NCBI GenBank assembly: GCA_045650025.1
Contig: JAZRQR010000130.1
Span: forward strand, 1,202-65,201
Origin: Eubacteriales bacterium
Lineage (GTDB): Bacteria; Bacillota; Clostridia; Oscillospirales; CAG-272
Direction: 5' to 3'
DNA: 64,000 bases
The position numbers were made by a program, and so were the translations under genes. How positions within the stretch are numbered: position 1 is the stretch's first letter; the number at the start of each line of letters is the position of its first letter. Below the pieces are notes generated by a model, which was not told the origin of the DNA, searched no databases, and saw only the letters and a program-made list of their open reading frames with translations. Below are positions 35,409-45,559 of this stretch, one piece after another.

Positions 35409-36893
35409 TTATTGCAGCGTTACGTCATAGGCGTGCGCGCCGATCACAAAATTCGCCTTTTGCAGGTCGGTTACGCGCTCGCCGTTGAAATACAGCCCCT
35501 GCACGCGCACACCGCGCACGCAATGCTGCTCGTCAAGTCCGGTAAAGATCGACACGGGCATGGGCAGCGGTGCATCGGTCAGCACAAAAATATCCTTGAA
35601 CAGAATATCGTGCGCACAGCCGTGCGTGCCGTCCGCCGAGAACAGACCCATATCGTACAGTGCCACGTTCATCAGCACGGGATGCTGCGCAGGCGAGGTG
35701 CTGCGATATTCCTGCTCGTCGGTATGCTGGTACACATCGGACTGCTGATACTGCGTGTACTCCACGCGGATATTTTCAAAGGTCACGTCGCGGATCTCGG
35801 CACAGTTGTGATGCTGAATATCCAGCATGACCGTTGAGCCGTGAATGACGTCACAATCCGAGAACGTAATATGATAATATGCAGGCGCATTGGTCTCAGC
35901 GCCGATCTCCAGCGCCCTGCCCCAATCACACCAAAGCACGCACCGCTCTACCGTAATATTGCGGTTATACCCGCCATCCCAGCCGCAAATGCCCTTGATG
36001 ACCATGCAATCGTCAAAATTGCGCAAGAAGCAATCGCGCACGCTGACGTTGGTGCAGTTGAACAGATCAATGCCGTCCGAATTGTAGCGCCACATGCCCA
36101 CCGTCTTAACGTTTTCAAACGTGACGTTCTCGCAATCCGCCGCAATGATGGCAAACGATGCGCTGTCACGGCAGACCACGCCCTCCACGTACACGTTCTT
36201 ACAGCGGTAGAAGCGCAAATTGCCGCGCAGCACGCGATGCGCATGCATAAAGGTACGAATGCCCTGGCTGTCCTTGGGAATAGGCGTTTCATAATCGTAT
36301 GCCAACAGCGCCGTCTGTTCGTTGCGCTCCTCGCGGCTGCCGTCTATGATGCCGTTACCCAGAATACGAATATTCTCGGCGCAAATGGCGTAAAACGAAC
36401 CGTACACCACAGCCCCTGCATCAATGTACACAGTATCGTTATCGGTCAGCTCGATCGAACCGATGCGATGCTCACCGCCCGCAAAGCGATAGGTAGTGCG
36501 CAAGCCGTCGGTCTCCTTGAGCGGATTGACAAAAACGTGCAACGCTCCGTGGTGTCCGTCTGCCTCCACCGTATACTGCCCGCAGCCGGGCAAGGTAAAG
36601 GTTGCTGTGCAATCCTGTACAGTTGCCTGCACGCCGCGCGAGAGCGGGCGCACCAGCACCTTGGTAGGCGGAGTCTGCCAGGTCACACTCAGGGTCAGCG
36701 CCTCGTCCGATTCCACGGACACAAAGCCCGAAAGCTCGGTTTGCTCCTCGGAGCGCTGGTGACCGGGCCACGCGGTATTGAACGGCATAGCGGATACGCG
36801 CGCCAGATACGGCTTGACCTTTCTTTGGTTGACAGTGACACTGCAGCCTTCAAACATCTGCTGTCCTACGGGAAACACGGGAATCCGGATCAT
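35409..36893 (-). CDS. Glycoside hydrolase family 28-like (right-handed beta-helix)
   Basis: NSDGIDLF...FDDCMVIKG matches the GH28 catalytic Asp motifs (N.DGID / DDC). 494 aa. Confidence 0.8.
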   Translation of the reverse strand: MIRIPVFPVGQQMFEGCSVTVNQRKVKPYLARVSAMPFNTAWPGHQRSEEQTELSGFVSVESDEALTLSVTWQTPPTKVLVRPLSRGVQATVQDCTATFTLPGCGQYTVEADGHHGALHVFVNPLKETDGLRTTYRFAGGEHRIGSIELTDNDTVYIDAGAVVYGSFYAICAENIRILGNGIIDGSREERNEQTALLAYDYETPIPKDSQGIRTFMHAHRVLRGNLRFYRCKNVYVEGVVCRDSASFAIIAADCENVTFENVKTVGMWRYNSDGIDLFNCTNVSVRDCFLRNFDDCMVIKGICGWDGGYNRNITVERCVLWCDWGRALEIGAETNAPAYYHITFSDCDVIHGSTVMLDIQHHNCAEIRDVTFENIRVEYTQYQQSDVYQHTDEQEYRSTSPAQHPVLMNVALYDMGLFSADGTHGCAHDILFKDIFVLTDAPLPMPVSIFTGLDEQHCVRGVRVQGLYFNGERVTDLQKANFVIGAHAYDVTLQ

Positions 36894-36996
36894 GGGAGAT
36901 ACCTCTCTTTTTTCAAATTCGCGGCGATATGGGAACAGTATATTGTTATTATATCACATTTCCGTGCGTTTTGCAACATTTGTTTCAAAACAGGCA

Positions 36997-37043
36997 CAAA
37001 AAAAGAGAGAACGCCATGAAATTTCTCTCATTTCGTTCTCTCT
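36997..37043 (-). terminator. Intrinsic terminator downstream of the PPIase gene
   Basis: AGAGAGAACG/CGTTCTCTCT 10-bp stem followed by a T-run on the minus strand. Confidence 0.65.
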
Positions 37044-37048
37044 TTGCC

Positions 37049-37921
37049 TTAATCGACGACCTTGTATACCATAGGGGAAACAAAGGTGACCGATTCGATC
37101 ACAACGTGGGAAACGGGCTGATCCGAGCCGTTGGTCTGGGTTGCCGCAATCGCATCCACGACCTCCATGCCTGCCATCACCACGCCAAACGCCGCGTACT
37201 GACCGTCCAGATGGGAGCTGTCCGCATCGCAGATAAAGAACTGCGAGGACGCGCTGTTGGGATCCATGGTGCGAGCCATGGAAACCACGCCGCGCACGTG
37301 ACGAAGCTCGTTTTTAAAGCCGTTGTCCGTAAACTCGCCCGCGATCGTATCTGCGGGGATCACGTTGCCGTCCACGTCATATCCACCGCCCTGGATCATA
37401 AAATTCTGAATGACACGGTGGAAGATCAAGCCATTATAAAAGCCGCTCTCCACCAGCAACTGGAAGTTTTTGACCGTTTCGGGCGCATACTTGCTTTGCA
37501 GACCGATTACAATATCGCCATAGTCGCGCACCGTAATGCGGACGTAATCGGTCACCTGATCGGACTCGACAAAGCTCTTTGCCTCGTAGCGGTCGATCTG
37601 GTCGTAGACCGATCCGTAGGTGATCACCATGCCCGAATTGAACGCGCCGTCCACAATCACGTAATTTCCCACAACGTTGCCGTTCTCGTCCACGATCACG
37701 TATTCACCGTTTTCATTGGTCGAAATCTCATAAGCACCGTTGCCAAAGGAACCGCCAAAGGAACCGACAAAGCCGTCAAGCCCGCCTATGGCAACGTTGT
37801 CCTGCTCCTCTTGCACGTCCTGCCCTTCAAACAGCAGACCGTCCATATCGCACGAGCAAAGCAGCAGCGCGCAAAGCAGGCAAAGTGCAAAAAGAATCAC
37901 TCTTGTGTGCGTCATACTCAC
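37049..37921 (-). CDS. Cyclophilin-type peptidyl-prolyl cis-trans isomerase lipoprotein
   Basis: Lipobox LLLCSC. FHRVIQNFMIQGGG and SQFFI cyclophilin motifs. Confidence 0.9.
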   Translation of the reverse strand: MSMTHTRVILFALCLLCALLLCSCDMDGLLFEGQDVQEEQDNVAIGGLDGFVGSFGGSFGNGAYEISTNENGEYVIVDENGNVVGNYVIVDGAFNSGMVITYGSVYDQIDRYEAKSFVESDQVTDYVRITVRDYGDIVIGLQSKYAPETVKNFQLLVESGFYNGLIFHRVIQNFMIQGGGYDVDGNVIPADTIAGEFTDNGFKNELRHVRGVVSMARTMDPNSASSQFFICDADSSHLDGQYAAFGVVMAGMEVVDAIAATQTNGSDQPVSHVVIESVTFVSPMVYKVVD

Positions 37922-38886
37922 GCCCAGCTCATCGTGCCCGGCTTGGGCTCGTAAATGCAGATGTCCTTGAGGAACGCTACAGCCTTTGCCAGACCCTCGT
38001 CAATGCTCATCAAGCTATCCTCGTGCTCAATGGAAAGCACGCGGTCATAGCCGCACAGACGCAGGTTGGAGACCATATCTCTCCAATAGGTCTCGCCGTT
38101 GCCGTAACCCACGGTACGGAATACCCACGCGCGGTGGATCTCGTCGCCGTAGTGCTTGGTATCCAGCACACCGTTCTTGGCGGTGTTGTACTTGTCGATC
38201 TTGGTGTCCTTTGCGTGGAAGTGATAGATCGCGCCCTGCAGCTCGCGAATCGCAGCCACGGGATCCATACCCTGCCATACCAGGTGCGAGGGGTCAAAGT
38301 TTGCGCCGATCACGTCACCAACTGCTGCACGCAGCCTCAGCAGCGTTTCGGGATTATATACGCAGAAGCCGGGGTGCATTTCAAACGCGATGTGATCCAC
38401 ACCGTGCGCCTTGGCAAATGCGCCTGCTTCCTTCCAGTAAGGAATCAGGATCTCGTTCCACTGCCAATCCAGGATCTTCAGGAAATCATCCGGCCAGGGG
38501 CAGGTAACCCAATTGGGGTACTTGGCACCGGGGGCGTCACCGGGGCAGCCCGAGAAGGTAATGACCGTGTCAATGCCCATCTTTTCTGCCAGCAGCACAG
38601 CCTCGCGGAAATCCTTATCATAGGATGCAGCGATTTCGGGATCGGGATGTACGGCATTGCCGTGCACCGCCAGCGCGCAAACGCTGACGTCGTATTTTGC
38701 CAGAGTGGCAATAAATGCATCGTACTTAGCGGGATCTGCAAGCAGCTCGGCAGGGTTGCAGTGCGCCTTACCGGGGTAGCCGCCCGCGCCAAGCTCGACC
38801 GTATGTACACCAAGGCCGGTGATGATGGCAAGAGCCTCGTCCAAGGACTTCTGTCCGTATAAGTTAGCAAGAACGCTGATTTTCAT
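37918..38886 (-). CDS. Sugar phosphate isomerase/epimerase (xylose-isomerase-like TIM barrel)
   Basis: 322 aa. AP_endonuc_2-like pattern (VELGAGG, ITFSGCPG, HFHAKD, SIEHED). Confidence 0.85.
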   Translation of the reverse strand: MKISVLANLYGQKSLDEALAIITGLGVHTVELGAGGYPGKAHCNPAELLADPAKYDAFIATLAKYDVSVCALAVHGNAVHPDPEIAASYDKDFREAVLLAEKMGIDTVITFSGCPGDAPGAKYPNWVTCPWPDDFLKILDWQWNEILIPYWKEAGAFAKAHGVDHIAFEMHPGFCVYNPETLLRLRAAVGDVIGANFDPSHLVWQGMDPVAAIRELQGAIYHFHAKDTKIDKYNTAKNGVLDTKHYGDEIHRAWVFRTVGYGNGETYWRDMVSNLRLCGYDRVLSIEHEDSLMSIDEGLAKAVAFLKDICIYEPKPGTMSWA

Positions 38887-38900
38887 GGAAAATTCCTCTC

Positions 38901-39983
38901 TTAGTCGAAGTAATAGGGCTGACCGGTCTTTGCAGACTCATAAATGCCCTCGAGAATACGAGTGACCGTGTAAGCCTGCTCGGGGAGCACGCAAGGATCG
39001 GTATCGTTTACGATGGCGTTGATCCACTGTGCAGCCTCTACGGAAGCGGGATCGCCTGCGCTTGCGCCCTCATAGAACGCAGCACCCTGGGGATTGAGTG
39101 TGGGCTTGAGCAGGTACTGGCTGTTGTTGCGAATGCCGTTGATGCGCACGCCGTCGTGCAGGTCGCCGCCTGCAAGCGTACCGCAAACCAGCGTGGTTGC
39201 TTCGCGCACGTCTACCATGTTGATCGCCCATGCGGACTCCAGGTTGATGGTTGCGCCGTTTTCCATGACGACAAAGCCGAATGCGCTGTCTTCTACGGTG
39301 AACTTATCGGGATCCCAGTTACCCCATGCGTTGCCCTGGTTGGTATCCTTGTTGAGCTTGTGATAGGAGGTACCTACGCAGTACTTGGGCTTGTAGTTGT
39401 CCATGATCCAAAGGGTCAGGTCAAGCGAGTGGGTACCGATGTCGATCAGAGGACCGCCGCCCTGCTCGTACTCGTTGAGGAATACGCCCCAGGTGGGAAC
39501 GGCTCTGCGGCGCAGCGCGGTTGCCTTTGCATAGTAAATGTCACCAAACGTGCCGTTGAGCGCCTCGGTCTTGAGGTACTGTGCGCCCAGAGACTGACGG
39601 GTCTGGTAGCCAATGGTCAGCTTCTTGCCGGTGCGAGCGGCAGCGTCCAGCATCTTCTTTGCCTCGGCAGAGTTGATTGCCATGGGCTTTTCGCACATAA
39701 CGTGCTTGCCGGATTCCAACGCATCCACGGTAATGAAGGAGTGGGAGCGGTTGGGGGTGCAGACGTGAACCACGTCAATGGTGGTGTCTGCCAGCAGCTC
39801 CTTGTAATCGGTGTAAACAGCCGCGTCGGGTGTGCCGTACTTTGCCTTTGCATCAATGGCTCTCTGCTCAATGATATCGCAGAATGCAACCATTTCTACG
39901 TTGGGAAGCTTTTTGAGAGAAGGCATGTGCTTGCCGTTTGCGATACCGCCGCAACCAATAATACCAATTCTGACCTTTTGCAT
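38901..39983 (-). CDS. Gfo/Idh/MocA-family NAD(P)-dependent oxidoreductase
   Basis: VRIGIIGCGGIANGKH Rossmann N-terminus and EKP motif (VMCEKPMA). Start set at ATG behind GGAGGA (MQKVRIG); the track ORF extends to 40103. Confidence 0.9.
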   Translation of the reverse strand: MQKVRIGIIGCGGIANGKHMPSLKKLPNVEMVAFCDIIEQRAIDAKAKYGTPDAAVYTDYKELLADTTIDVVHVCTPNRSHSFITVDALESGKHVMCEKPMAINSAEAKKMLDAAARTGKKLTIGYQTRQSLGAQYLKTEALNGTFGDIYYAKATALRRRAVPTWGVFLNEYEQGGGPLIDIGTHSLDLTLWIMDNYKPKYCVGTSYHKLNKDTNQGNAWGNWDPDKFTVEDSAFGFVVMENGATINLESAWAINMVDVREATTLVCGTLAGGDLHDGVRINGIRNNSQYLLKPTLNPQGAAFYEGASAGDPASVEAAQWINAIVNDTDPCVLPEQAYTVTRILEGIYESAKTGQPYYFD

Positions 39984-40061
39984 AATCTTTATCCTCCGTA
40001 AAGGTGAAATTTTTCTTTTGCGACAGTCGTTTCGCCGCATTTCTACATCTATATCATACCG

Positions 40062-40100
40062 AAAAAGTCCCGGTTTTGCAAGCGCAAAACCGGGATTTTT
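40062..40100. terminator. Bidirectional intrinsic terminator
   Basis: AAAAA-GTCCCGGTTTTGC / GCAAAACCGGGAT-TTTT downstream of the 40147 lipoprotein gene. Confidence 0.75.
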
Positions 40101-40106
40101 CAATGT

Positions 40107-40135
40107 TTGTAGGGTTGCATAATTTTATGCGGGAG
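40107..40135 (+). repeat. Possible third-type REP-like element
   Basis: TTGTAGGG followed by a short hairpin GCATA-ATTT-TATGC. It sits between a stop codon and a terminator, as REPs often do. Similarity is limited to the TGTAGGG head. Confidence 0.3.
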
Positions 40136-40146
40136 ATTTTGTGCAA

Positions 40147-42642
40147 TTACTCCTCCAGTGCAATGCTTTGCAGGTAGAACACGTCGCCTGCCACACAGTT
40201 GTCAAAGTAATCCAAGCGGATCATATGGATGGTGCCCTGCCAGAAGCTATAACCCGAAAGGTCGATCTCTATGGTGTGGTATTCCCCGTCCGCCACCAGT
40301 CCACTTACGCGCACCATCGCGTTCCCCGAGGGAGCGTTCACGCTGCCCGCGCACAAGAACAGATCGGTCACGTAGGACGATTGGCTGTTTGTTGTGGGAA
40401 TCATATACACCAGCTTGAGCGTCTTGTACGTATCGGCGGAGATCTCCACGCCAAACGTTGCAAAGGAGAGTGCCACCGACACGTCGGCAGGATCGCCCAC
40501 GCGCAGCGCAGCTGCCTGCTGCTCGGCACTATGCTCCACGATCGTGCCGTGCGGATTGCTCAGAAACGCCGTGTAAGCAGCCTCCTCAAAGCTGAGCTTG
40601 GGCTCGCCGTTCAGATCAATGGCAGGCAGTCCGTTGCCGTCACTTTCGACCAGCTTCACGGATTTGAGATAGATCACATCCCCCACCGCGGCTGCCGCAA
40701 AGAAATCCAAGCGGAGCTGGTGGATTTTGCCCTGCCAGAACGCATAATTTCCAACGTCCAGCTTGAGCGTATGATACTGCCCGTCTGCAATCAGCGTACC
40801 GGTCAGCACCATGCTGCCGGTCGGAGAGCTCTGCTCGCCCGTGCAGGTAAAGAGCTGCAGGTTGTACGCGCCCGCAGAATTGGTAGCGGGGATCATGTAT
40901 TCGATCTCAACCGCACTAAAATCCTCTGCATAGTGCGTTTTGTCGGACATGGCATAATTCAAGAAGAGGTACGGGTCCTCGCCAAGCGTGGTCAGCACGG
41001 TTGCCTTGGCAGCCTCATCGTACGTCATTTGGGCGTTATGCGGATCGGTCAGCGTAAGCTCGCTGCCCTTTTGCGTAAAGTCGATATTGCTCATGTCCAC
41101 CGAAACGTCCGGCAAGCGGGAGGACATATAGTGCTTGTGCAGGGATTCGTTGGTGGTAAAATCCTTTTGTGCGGTAAAGGTTGCACGAATCTGCTCTGCC
41201 GAGCCTGTGGTCAAAAGGTAGCTGTATTCCATCGCCTCAAACGCCACCATTTGCATGGTGTTATAGGGGGCAACGTAGTTGGTCGCGTTATCGTCCGCAT
41301 CCTTGGATTGATTGTACAGGTATCTACCCGCCTTGAGGCGATCCACGCCCGGCACATACAAGCCAATGCCGAAATCCACGTCGGTATTGACCCAAGCGCA
41401 CCAGGTCTCGGTATTGCTATTGCGCAAGTAGCAGGTGCAATCGCCCACGTACTTGGCGTCTCCCCAGAATTGCAGGTCATCGCGCGAGGAGATCGCGTCC
41501 CCCGTCCAGGGCTTGGTACCGTTGTACCAGATAAAGGTGTCCAGATAGCTGACGGTGTACAGCGCAGGCAGCTCCTGACCGGTAAAGGGGTGATTCCAGC
41601 CCGAGAAATCCACAAAGCGGTTGTCCACGCGCACAAAGTCCTCTTCCAGCACGTACTTGTTTTCCATGTAGCTGGGGGTGATGTAGCCCACCTTACCCCA
41701 GTCCATAGGCTGCGACTTGATGTACACGTAATTCTCGCCCACCTGTACGTCAATCAGGCGGCTTGCTACGTTGCCCTTGTCACCGCCTTGTACGGGATTA
41801 TAGGGCCAATTGTCCGCGCCGTTAAAGCTACCCCACTCAAACACGCCCTCAATGGCGCCCGTGCCGTAGTAGGATTGCTGGATCAGTCTGCCCGTATCGT
41901 ACTTATTGACCAGGTTGGTAAGCCCCTTTTCCTTATGGGTCATATCCTCCAAATAGTTGATGGTACCGCCCCATCCCATATCCACGCCCAGCTTGAATCT
42001 GCCGTTATCAATGTAATAGGTTGCGGACTCCTTGGTATCCACGTAAAGCGGAATGGTTTCGGTTGCCACGCGGTACAGCGCAAATTCTGCCGCCTCGCCC
42101 TTGCAGGGCTGCACGCGGATCTCGGTCAGCGTATTGCCGCTCTTGCCCTTGATATACCCGTCGATCAAGCCCGAGAATACGCCCTCGCCTTGCTCTAAGT
42201 AAAAGTCCACGGTCACGGCGCTGTTGCGCGAATTGTGATAGGTGACGTAGACGTGCATGGGCGCAGACGCGCTGTAGGTCAGCGACATGCGGTTGAATTC
42301 CGCTGCCAGCTGCTCCTTGGCAAAGGACAACGTCAGCTCTTTGTCAAAGGCAAGGCTGTCACCGTTGACCGACGCAAAGCCGGTTGCGGTGTACACCAAG
42401 CCCTCGGTGGACGTGACGGTCGCACTCTCGCCATTGACTTCCACCGAAATCTCGGGAGCGGGCGCTTCGGTTTGTGCCTCAGTTTGTATCTCTGTAACAG
42501 TGTCTCCCATGGTGCTCTCTTCGGTGGTGTCGGCTTGTGTGGTGTCGGACGGCGTGTCATTGCCCGTGCCGCATGCCGCCATGCCAAGCAGCATAACCAT
42601 GCACAAAAGCATTGCAAGCCATCTCATATTTGCCAAACGCAT
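40147..42642 (-). CDS. Large secreted lipoprotein with tandem C-terminal repeat domains (putative glycan-binding/degrading)
   Basis: Start at ATG behind GGAGGA gives MRLANMRWLAMLLCMVMLLGMAAC (lipobox). The last ~270 aa contain two copies of a ~125-aa module (YMIP.TNS...DG.YHT...FWQG.IH..RLD.F...GDV.YL.S). Confidence 0.7.
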   Translation of the reverse strand: MRLANMRWLAMLLCMVMLLGMAACGTGNDTPSDTTQADTTEESTMGDTVTEIQTEAQTEAPAPEISVEVNGESATVTSTEGLVYTATGFASVNGDSLAFDKELTLSFAKEQLAAEFNRMSLTYSASAPMHVYVTYHNSRNSAVTVDFYLEQGEGVFSGLIDGYIKGKSGNTLTEIRVQPCKGEAAEFALYRVATETIPLYVDTKESATYYIDNGRFKLGVDMGWGGTINYLEDMTHKEKGLTNLVNKYDTGRLIQQSYYGTGAIEGVFEWGSFNGADNWPYNPVQGGDKGNVASRLIDVQVGENYVYIKSQPMDWGKVGYITPSYMENKYVLEEDFVRVDNRFVDFSGWNHPFTGQELPALYTVSYLDTFIWYNGTKPWTGDAISSRDDLQFWGDAKYVGDCTCYLRNSNTETWCAWVNTDVDFGIGLYVPGVDRLKAGRYLYNQSKDADDNATNYVAPYNTMQMVAFEAMEYSYLLTTGSAEQIRATFTAQKDFTTNESLHKHYMSSRLPDVSVDMSNIDFTQKGSELTLTDPHNAQMTYDEAAKATVLTTLGEDPYLFLNYAMSDKTHYAEDFSAVEIEYMIPATNSAGAYNLQLFTCTGEQSSPTGSMVLTGTLIADGQYHTLKLDVGNYAFWQGKIHQLRLDFFAAAAVGDVIYLKSVKLVESDGNGLPAIDLNGEPKLSFEEAAYTAFLSNPHGTIVEHSAEQQAAALRVGDPADVSVALSFATFGVEISADTYKTLKLVYMIPTTNSQSSYVTDLFLCAGSVNAPSGNAMVRVSGLVADGEYHTIEIDLSGYSFWQGTIHMIRLDYFDNCVAGDVFYLQSIALEE

Positions 42643-42752
42643 ACTAAAATCCTCCGTTTTGGTGTCATTACCTCCATTATAGCGCATAAGAGCGTATTCG
42701 TCAAGTGTCAGCTGCACGCAAAAAGCCGCCCGAAGGCGGCTTTTTTTGCTTT

Positions 42753-44285
42753 TTACACGATCAAATATTTGCACCCCTCGATCGATGTGGGGTCATCCAA
42801 CACGGCATCGGCATCCAGCTCGTTTGCCGCGCGCACCGCCGAGAGCGAGGTGGCATAGCGCTTGGCAACGCTCCAGAGCGAATCGGTGGATGCGGGATAG
42901 CACACGGTAAACGCCCCCGATGCGCGGCTTTGCATTTCGGTATACTTGACGCCGCGCAGCACGCTGACCTGCGCGCTATCCCAAAGCTCGGCGGCACAGG
43001 TGATCTCGGCATCGATACCGATGCGCTCCCCGTCCACTCTGGCGCGGCAGGAAAGCACCTGCACCTGCGCACGCCAATCCGAGGGCTCGCGCGCACACTC
43101 CAGCTCGTATTTCCAGGGCAGCGAGATCTCATAGGGGGAAACCTCCCCGTCGGCTTGCAGCAGCACGATATAATGCGCCGTGCCGCCCAACGTGCATCTT
43201 CCCTTCTCCCAGCTCATATGCTCGGCATCCGCGCTGCCGCACACGTCCACAATGCTGCCGCCTGCGGGGATTTCCGCCTGGGCAAGCGCGATGCTGTCGC
43301 TTTGCGTGAAATTGCCGTTCAAGGCGCGGATCGCCACGGGTAACGCGTACTCGTCATAGCTGCACTCGCACGCTTTTTTGGTGGAATACACGTCCTTGGT
43401 GTAGCGCACGGGGCGGTTGGTCATGACGTTGGCGCTCAACACCACGCCCAGCTCGGCATGCATGTAGGTCTCCTCCACCGCCACGCTCAGCTCAGCGCAG
43501 TTGCCCGTGATGCAGCACTCACTGCCCGGCATGGCAGCAGAGACCGGCACGCTGCCCGAAAACGGCAGCTTGCGCACAAGATACGTGGGTACAAGATCGG
43601 GCAGGCTGCCGGGCTCCTCGGCGCAAAGCATGAGCTTGAGCTCCACCTCACCGCGGCAATTGACCGCACCCGCCGAGCAGCTTGCCTCCTGCACGTGCAC
43701 CTGCCCCTCGGCACACACCAGACGCATGTTTCTGCCGCGCGCATCGGTCAGAATATCCTCACTCAGGCGAATGACCTCGCCAACGCCGCTGCCCATCTGC
43801 GCCAGCGTCTGCTCCCCCTCCAGCCGCTCGACCGAAAAGGGATCCACCAAGCCCTCGGTCTGCTCGGCGGCGGGCAGCACGCCCCGAATGCGCACGCCCG
43901 TGCGCAAGCGGCAACGAATATTGAGCTTGCGCGGTGCGCTGACCCTGCCCACCACGCTCTCGGGCACCACGTCTGCCACGCAAAGCGCTACCTCGCAATC
44001 CCCTTGCGAAAACGGTACGCTGATGGCATATTCGGTGTGCAGCGGCGCGCAGTACAGCCCGCCATCATTGCCCATATACAGCACGTAATAATCCAACGTG
44101 CCCGAAAATTCGGCATTGCCCGCGCCTGCATAGGAGGCGGGCGGCAGCACGCAGGGGCGGATGCGCAAAAGCCGCTTGATCTCGGGCTGATAATCGGGCA
44201 GCGAGAAATCCCCCGTCACCTCGGTCAATATGCTTTTGTCACAAAGAGGGATCTGCATCCCTTCGGTATTGGTATTCATGTTCAT
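42753..44285 (-). CDS. DUF3794-type protein with C-terminal LysM (SipL/SpoVID-like spore morphogenetic protein)
   Basis: DFSLPDYQPEIKRLL DUF3794-like repeats. C-terminal LysM-like TDSLWSVAKRYATSLSAVRAANEL. Start set at the second ATG, 9 nt after AAGGAG. Confidence 0.65.
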   Translation of the reverse strand: MNMNTNTEGMQIPLCDKSILTEVTGDFSLPDYQPEIKRLLRIRPCVLPPASYAGAGNAEFSGTLDYYVLYMGNDGGLYCAPLHTEYAISVPFSQGDCEVALCVADVVPESVVGRVSAPRKLNIRCRLRTGVRIRGVLPAAEQTEGLVDPFSVERLEGEQTLAQMGSGVGEVIRLSEDILTDARGRNMRLVCAEGQVHVQEASCSAGAVNCRGEVELKLMLCAEEPGSLPDLVPTYLVRKLPFSGSVPVSAAMPGSECCITGNCAELSVAVEETYMHAELGVVLSANVMTNRPVRYTKDVYSTKKACECSYDEYALPVAIRALNGNFTQSDSIALAQAEIPAGGSIVDVCGSADAEHMSWEKGRCTLGGTAHYIVLLQADGEVSPYEISLPWKYELECAREPSDWRAQVQVLSCRARVDGERIGIDAEITCAAELWDSAQVSVLRGVKYTEMQSRASGAFTVCYPASTDSLWSVAKRYATSLSAVRAANELDADAVLDDPTSIEGCKYLIV

Positions 44286-44343
44286 CGCTTGCATCTCCTT
44301 TTGGGTTTATCGCTACAAAATATGCAATGCCGGAACGGAATAT

Positions 44344-44373
44344 GAAAAAAAGGAGATCGCAACCTGCGATCCC
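44344..44373 (-). terminator. Intrinsic terminator after the DUF975 gene
   Basis: Minus strand reads GGGGATCGCAGGTTGCGATCTCC followed by TTTTTTT. Confidence 0.7.
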
Positions 44374-44381
44374 CCTTGATT

Positions 44382-44948
44382 TTATTTTCTGCCGCCCTTT
44401 TTGATCTGCTTATAGAACTCCGCTCTTGCCGTCTGATAGTAGGGCCACGCGTAAAACAGCGCAAGTCCGAGTGTTATCACGCTAAGCAGCATCCAGCCGA
44501 TAAAGGAAAGGTCGAGCAAAAACAGCTGCAGCTTGTGCCCCTTCATCATCTCGCGGCTCTCTGTAATTGCCTCGTTGATCCCCATCTTGGGCTTTTCCTG
44601 CATAATGTAATAGGTCATGGAATAGGCATACGACTTGACAATGCCGGGAATGATGAACAGCAGCGACCACAAAAACAGGTACAAGCCCATGAGCAGCGAT
44701 GCGCCCCACTTTTTAAAAAAGCCACGAAAGATGCCCGAAAACAGCGCGCCAAGCTTTGCTTTTTTGCTCTTGGCAAGCTCCAGGCAAAACGCCGCATAGC
44801 CAAACACCAGCAAGCCCGTAAAAATGGCGCCGATGCCGGTGGACTCAAGCGCCGCTCCCAGCACAACAAACAGCAAGAAAATCAGAATAGCGGCAAGCCA
44901 ATTGCCCTCAAGCGCCGCTTTTGCATTTCGTTTTACACGCTTTATCAT
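44382..44948 (-). CDS. DUF975-family integral membrane protein
   Basis: 188 aa. MIKRVKRNAKAALEGNW N-terminus and 4-5 TM segments, as in the DUF975 (YciC-like) family. Confidence 0.75.
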   Translation of the reverse strand: MIKRVKRNAKAALEGNWLAAILIFLLFVVLGAALESTGIGAIFTGLLVFGYAAFCLELAKSKKAKLGALFSGIFRGFFKKWGASLLMGLYLFLWSLLFIIPGIVKSYAYSMTYYIMQEKPKMGINEAITESREMMKGHKLQLFLLDLSFIGWMLLSVITLGLALFYAWPYYQTARAEFYKQIKKGGRK

Positions 44949-45505
44949 ACTTCATCCTCCCAAAATTGCGTTGTAAAGGGGTATTTGAGCTCCTGCAGCA
45001 CACTTTCCCAGCGAGCGCGCACGTCACTCTCGGGGTCCTTTTCGATCACGGGCACAAAGCCTGCGTCCAGATAGGTCTTGATAGCGGCAAGACGGAAATC
45101 GTCGGTGGTCAGCACGGTATACGTGCATCCGCGCTCCGCAAGCCTTGCCAGCGCATAGCGCAGCATGGCATGCCCGATGCCCCTGCCCCGCACCTCGGGT
45201 GCAGCCGCCACCATGTGAATATACCCCTCTTGCCCATGGCATACCGCCGCCGTGGTGGCAACGCGCTTGCCCGTGCTCTGCTCGATCACGAAAAAGAGAT
45301 CGCGCCCGGGGCACAGATCGGGATATTCCAAAATAGTGGAGCGAAACCAGCTCTCGTTTTTATCGGGCAGCAGTGCACCGTGGCAAAGCTCCAGCCAATC
45401 CTGCACCTGCTCGGCGCTGCCGTTATAATATTCGTATCCATAGCCACGGGGCAGCTCTCTTGCCTTTACGGGCACGCCCGGACGGCGCATTTTTAATTGC
45501 TTCAT
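44945..45505 (-). CDS. GNAT-family N-acetyltransferase
   Basis: Acetyl-CoA motif A (VAAAPEVRGRGIGHAML). 4-nt overlap with the downstream DUF975 gene. Confidence 0.85.
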   Translation of the reverse strand: MKQLKMRRPGVPVKARELPRGYGYEYYNGSAEQVQDWLELCHGALLPDKNESWFRSTILEYPDLCPGRDLFFVIEQSTGKRVATTAAVCHGQEGYIHMVAAAPEVRGRGIGHAMLRYALARLAERGCTYTVLTTDDFRLAAIKTYLDAGFVPVIEKDPESDVRARWESVLQELKYPFTTQFWEDEV

Positions 45506-45520
45506 ACTCTCTCCTAAAAC

Positions 45521-45548
45521 AAAACCGCAGCAGATGCTGCGGTTTTTT
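45521..45548. terminator. Hairpin terminator
   Basis: AAAA-CCGCAGC-AGAT-GCTGCGG-TTTTTT. Confidence 0.65.
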
Positions 45549-45559
45549 GTACATAAAAA

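Noticed and set aside
39984-40103. N-terminal extensions in several track ORFs: 38901-40103, 40147-42774, 30004-30513, 53835-55883, 55808-56743, 2217-3557 and 45560-46183
   Set aside because: Internal ATG codons preceded by GGAGG-type RBSs give canonical N-termini (Rossmann motif, lipoprotein signal peptides, radical-SAM start). They also remove overlaps with neighbouring genes. The extensions use TTG/GTG or lack an RBS.
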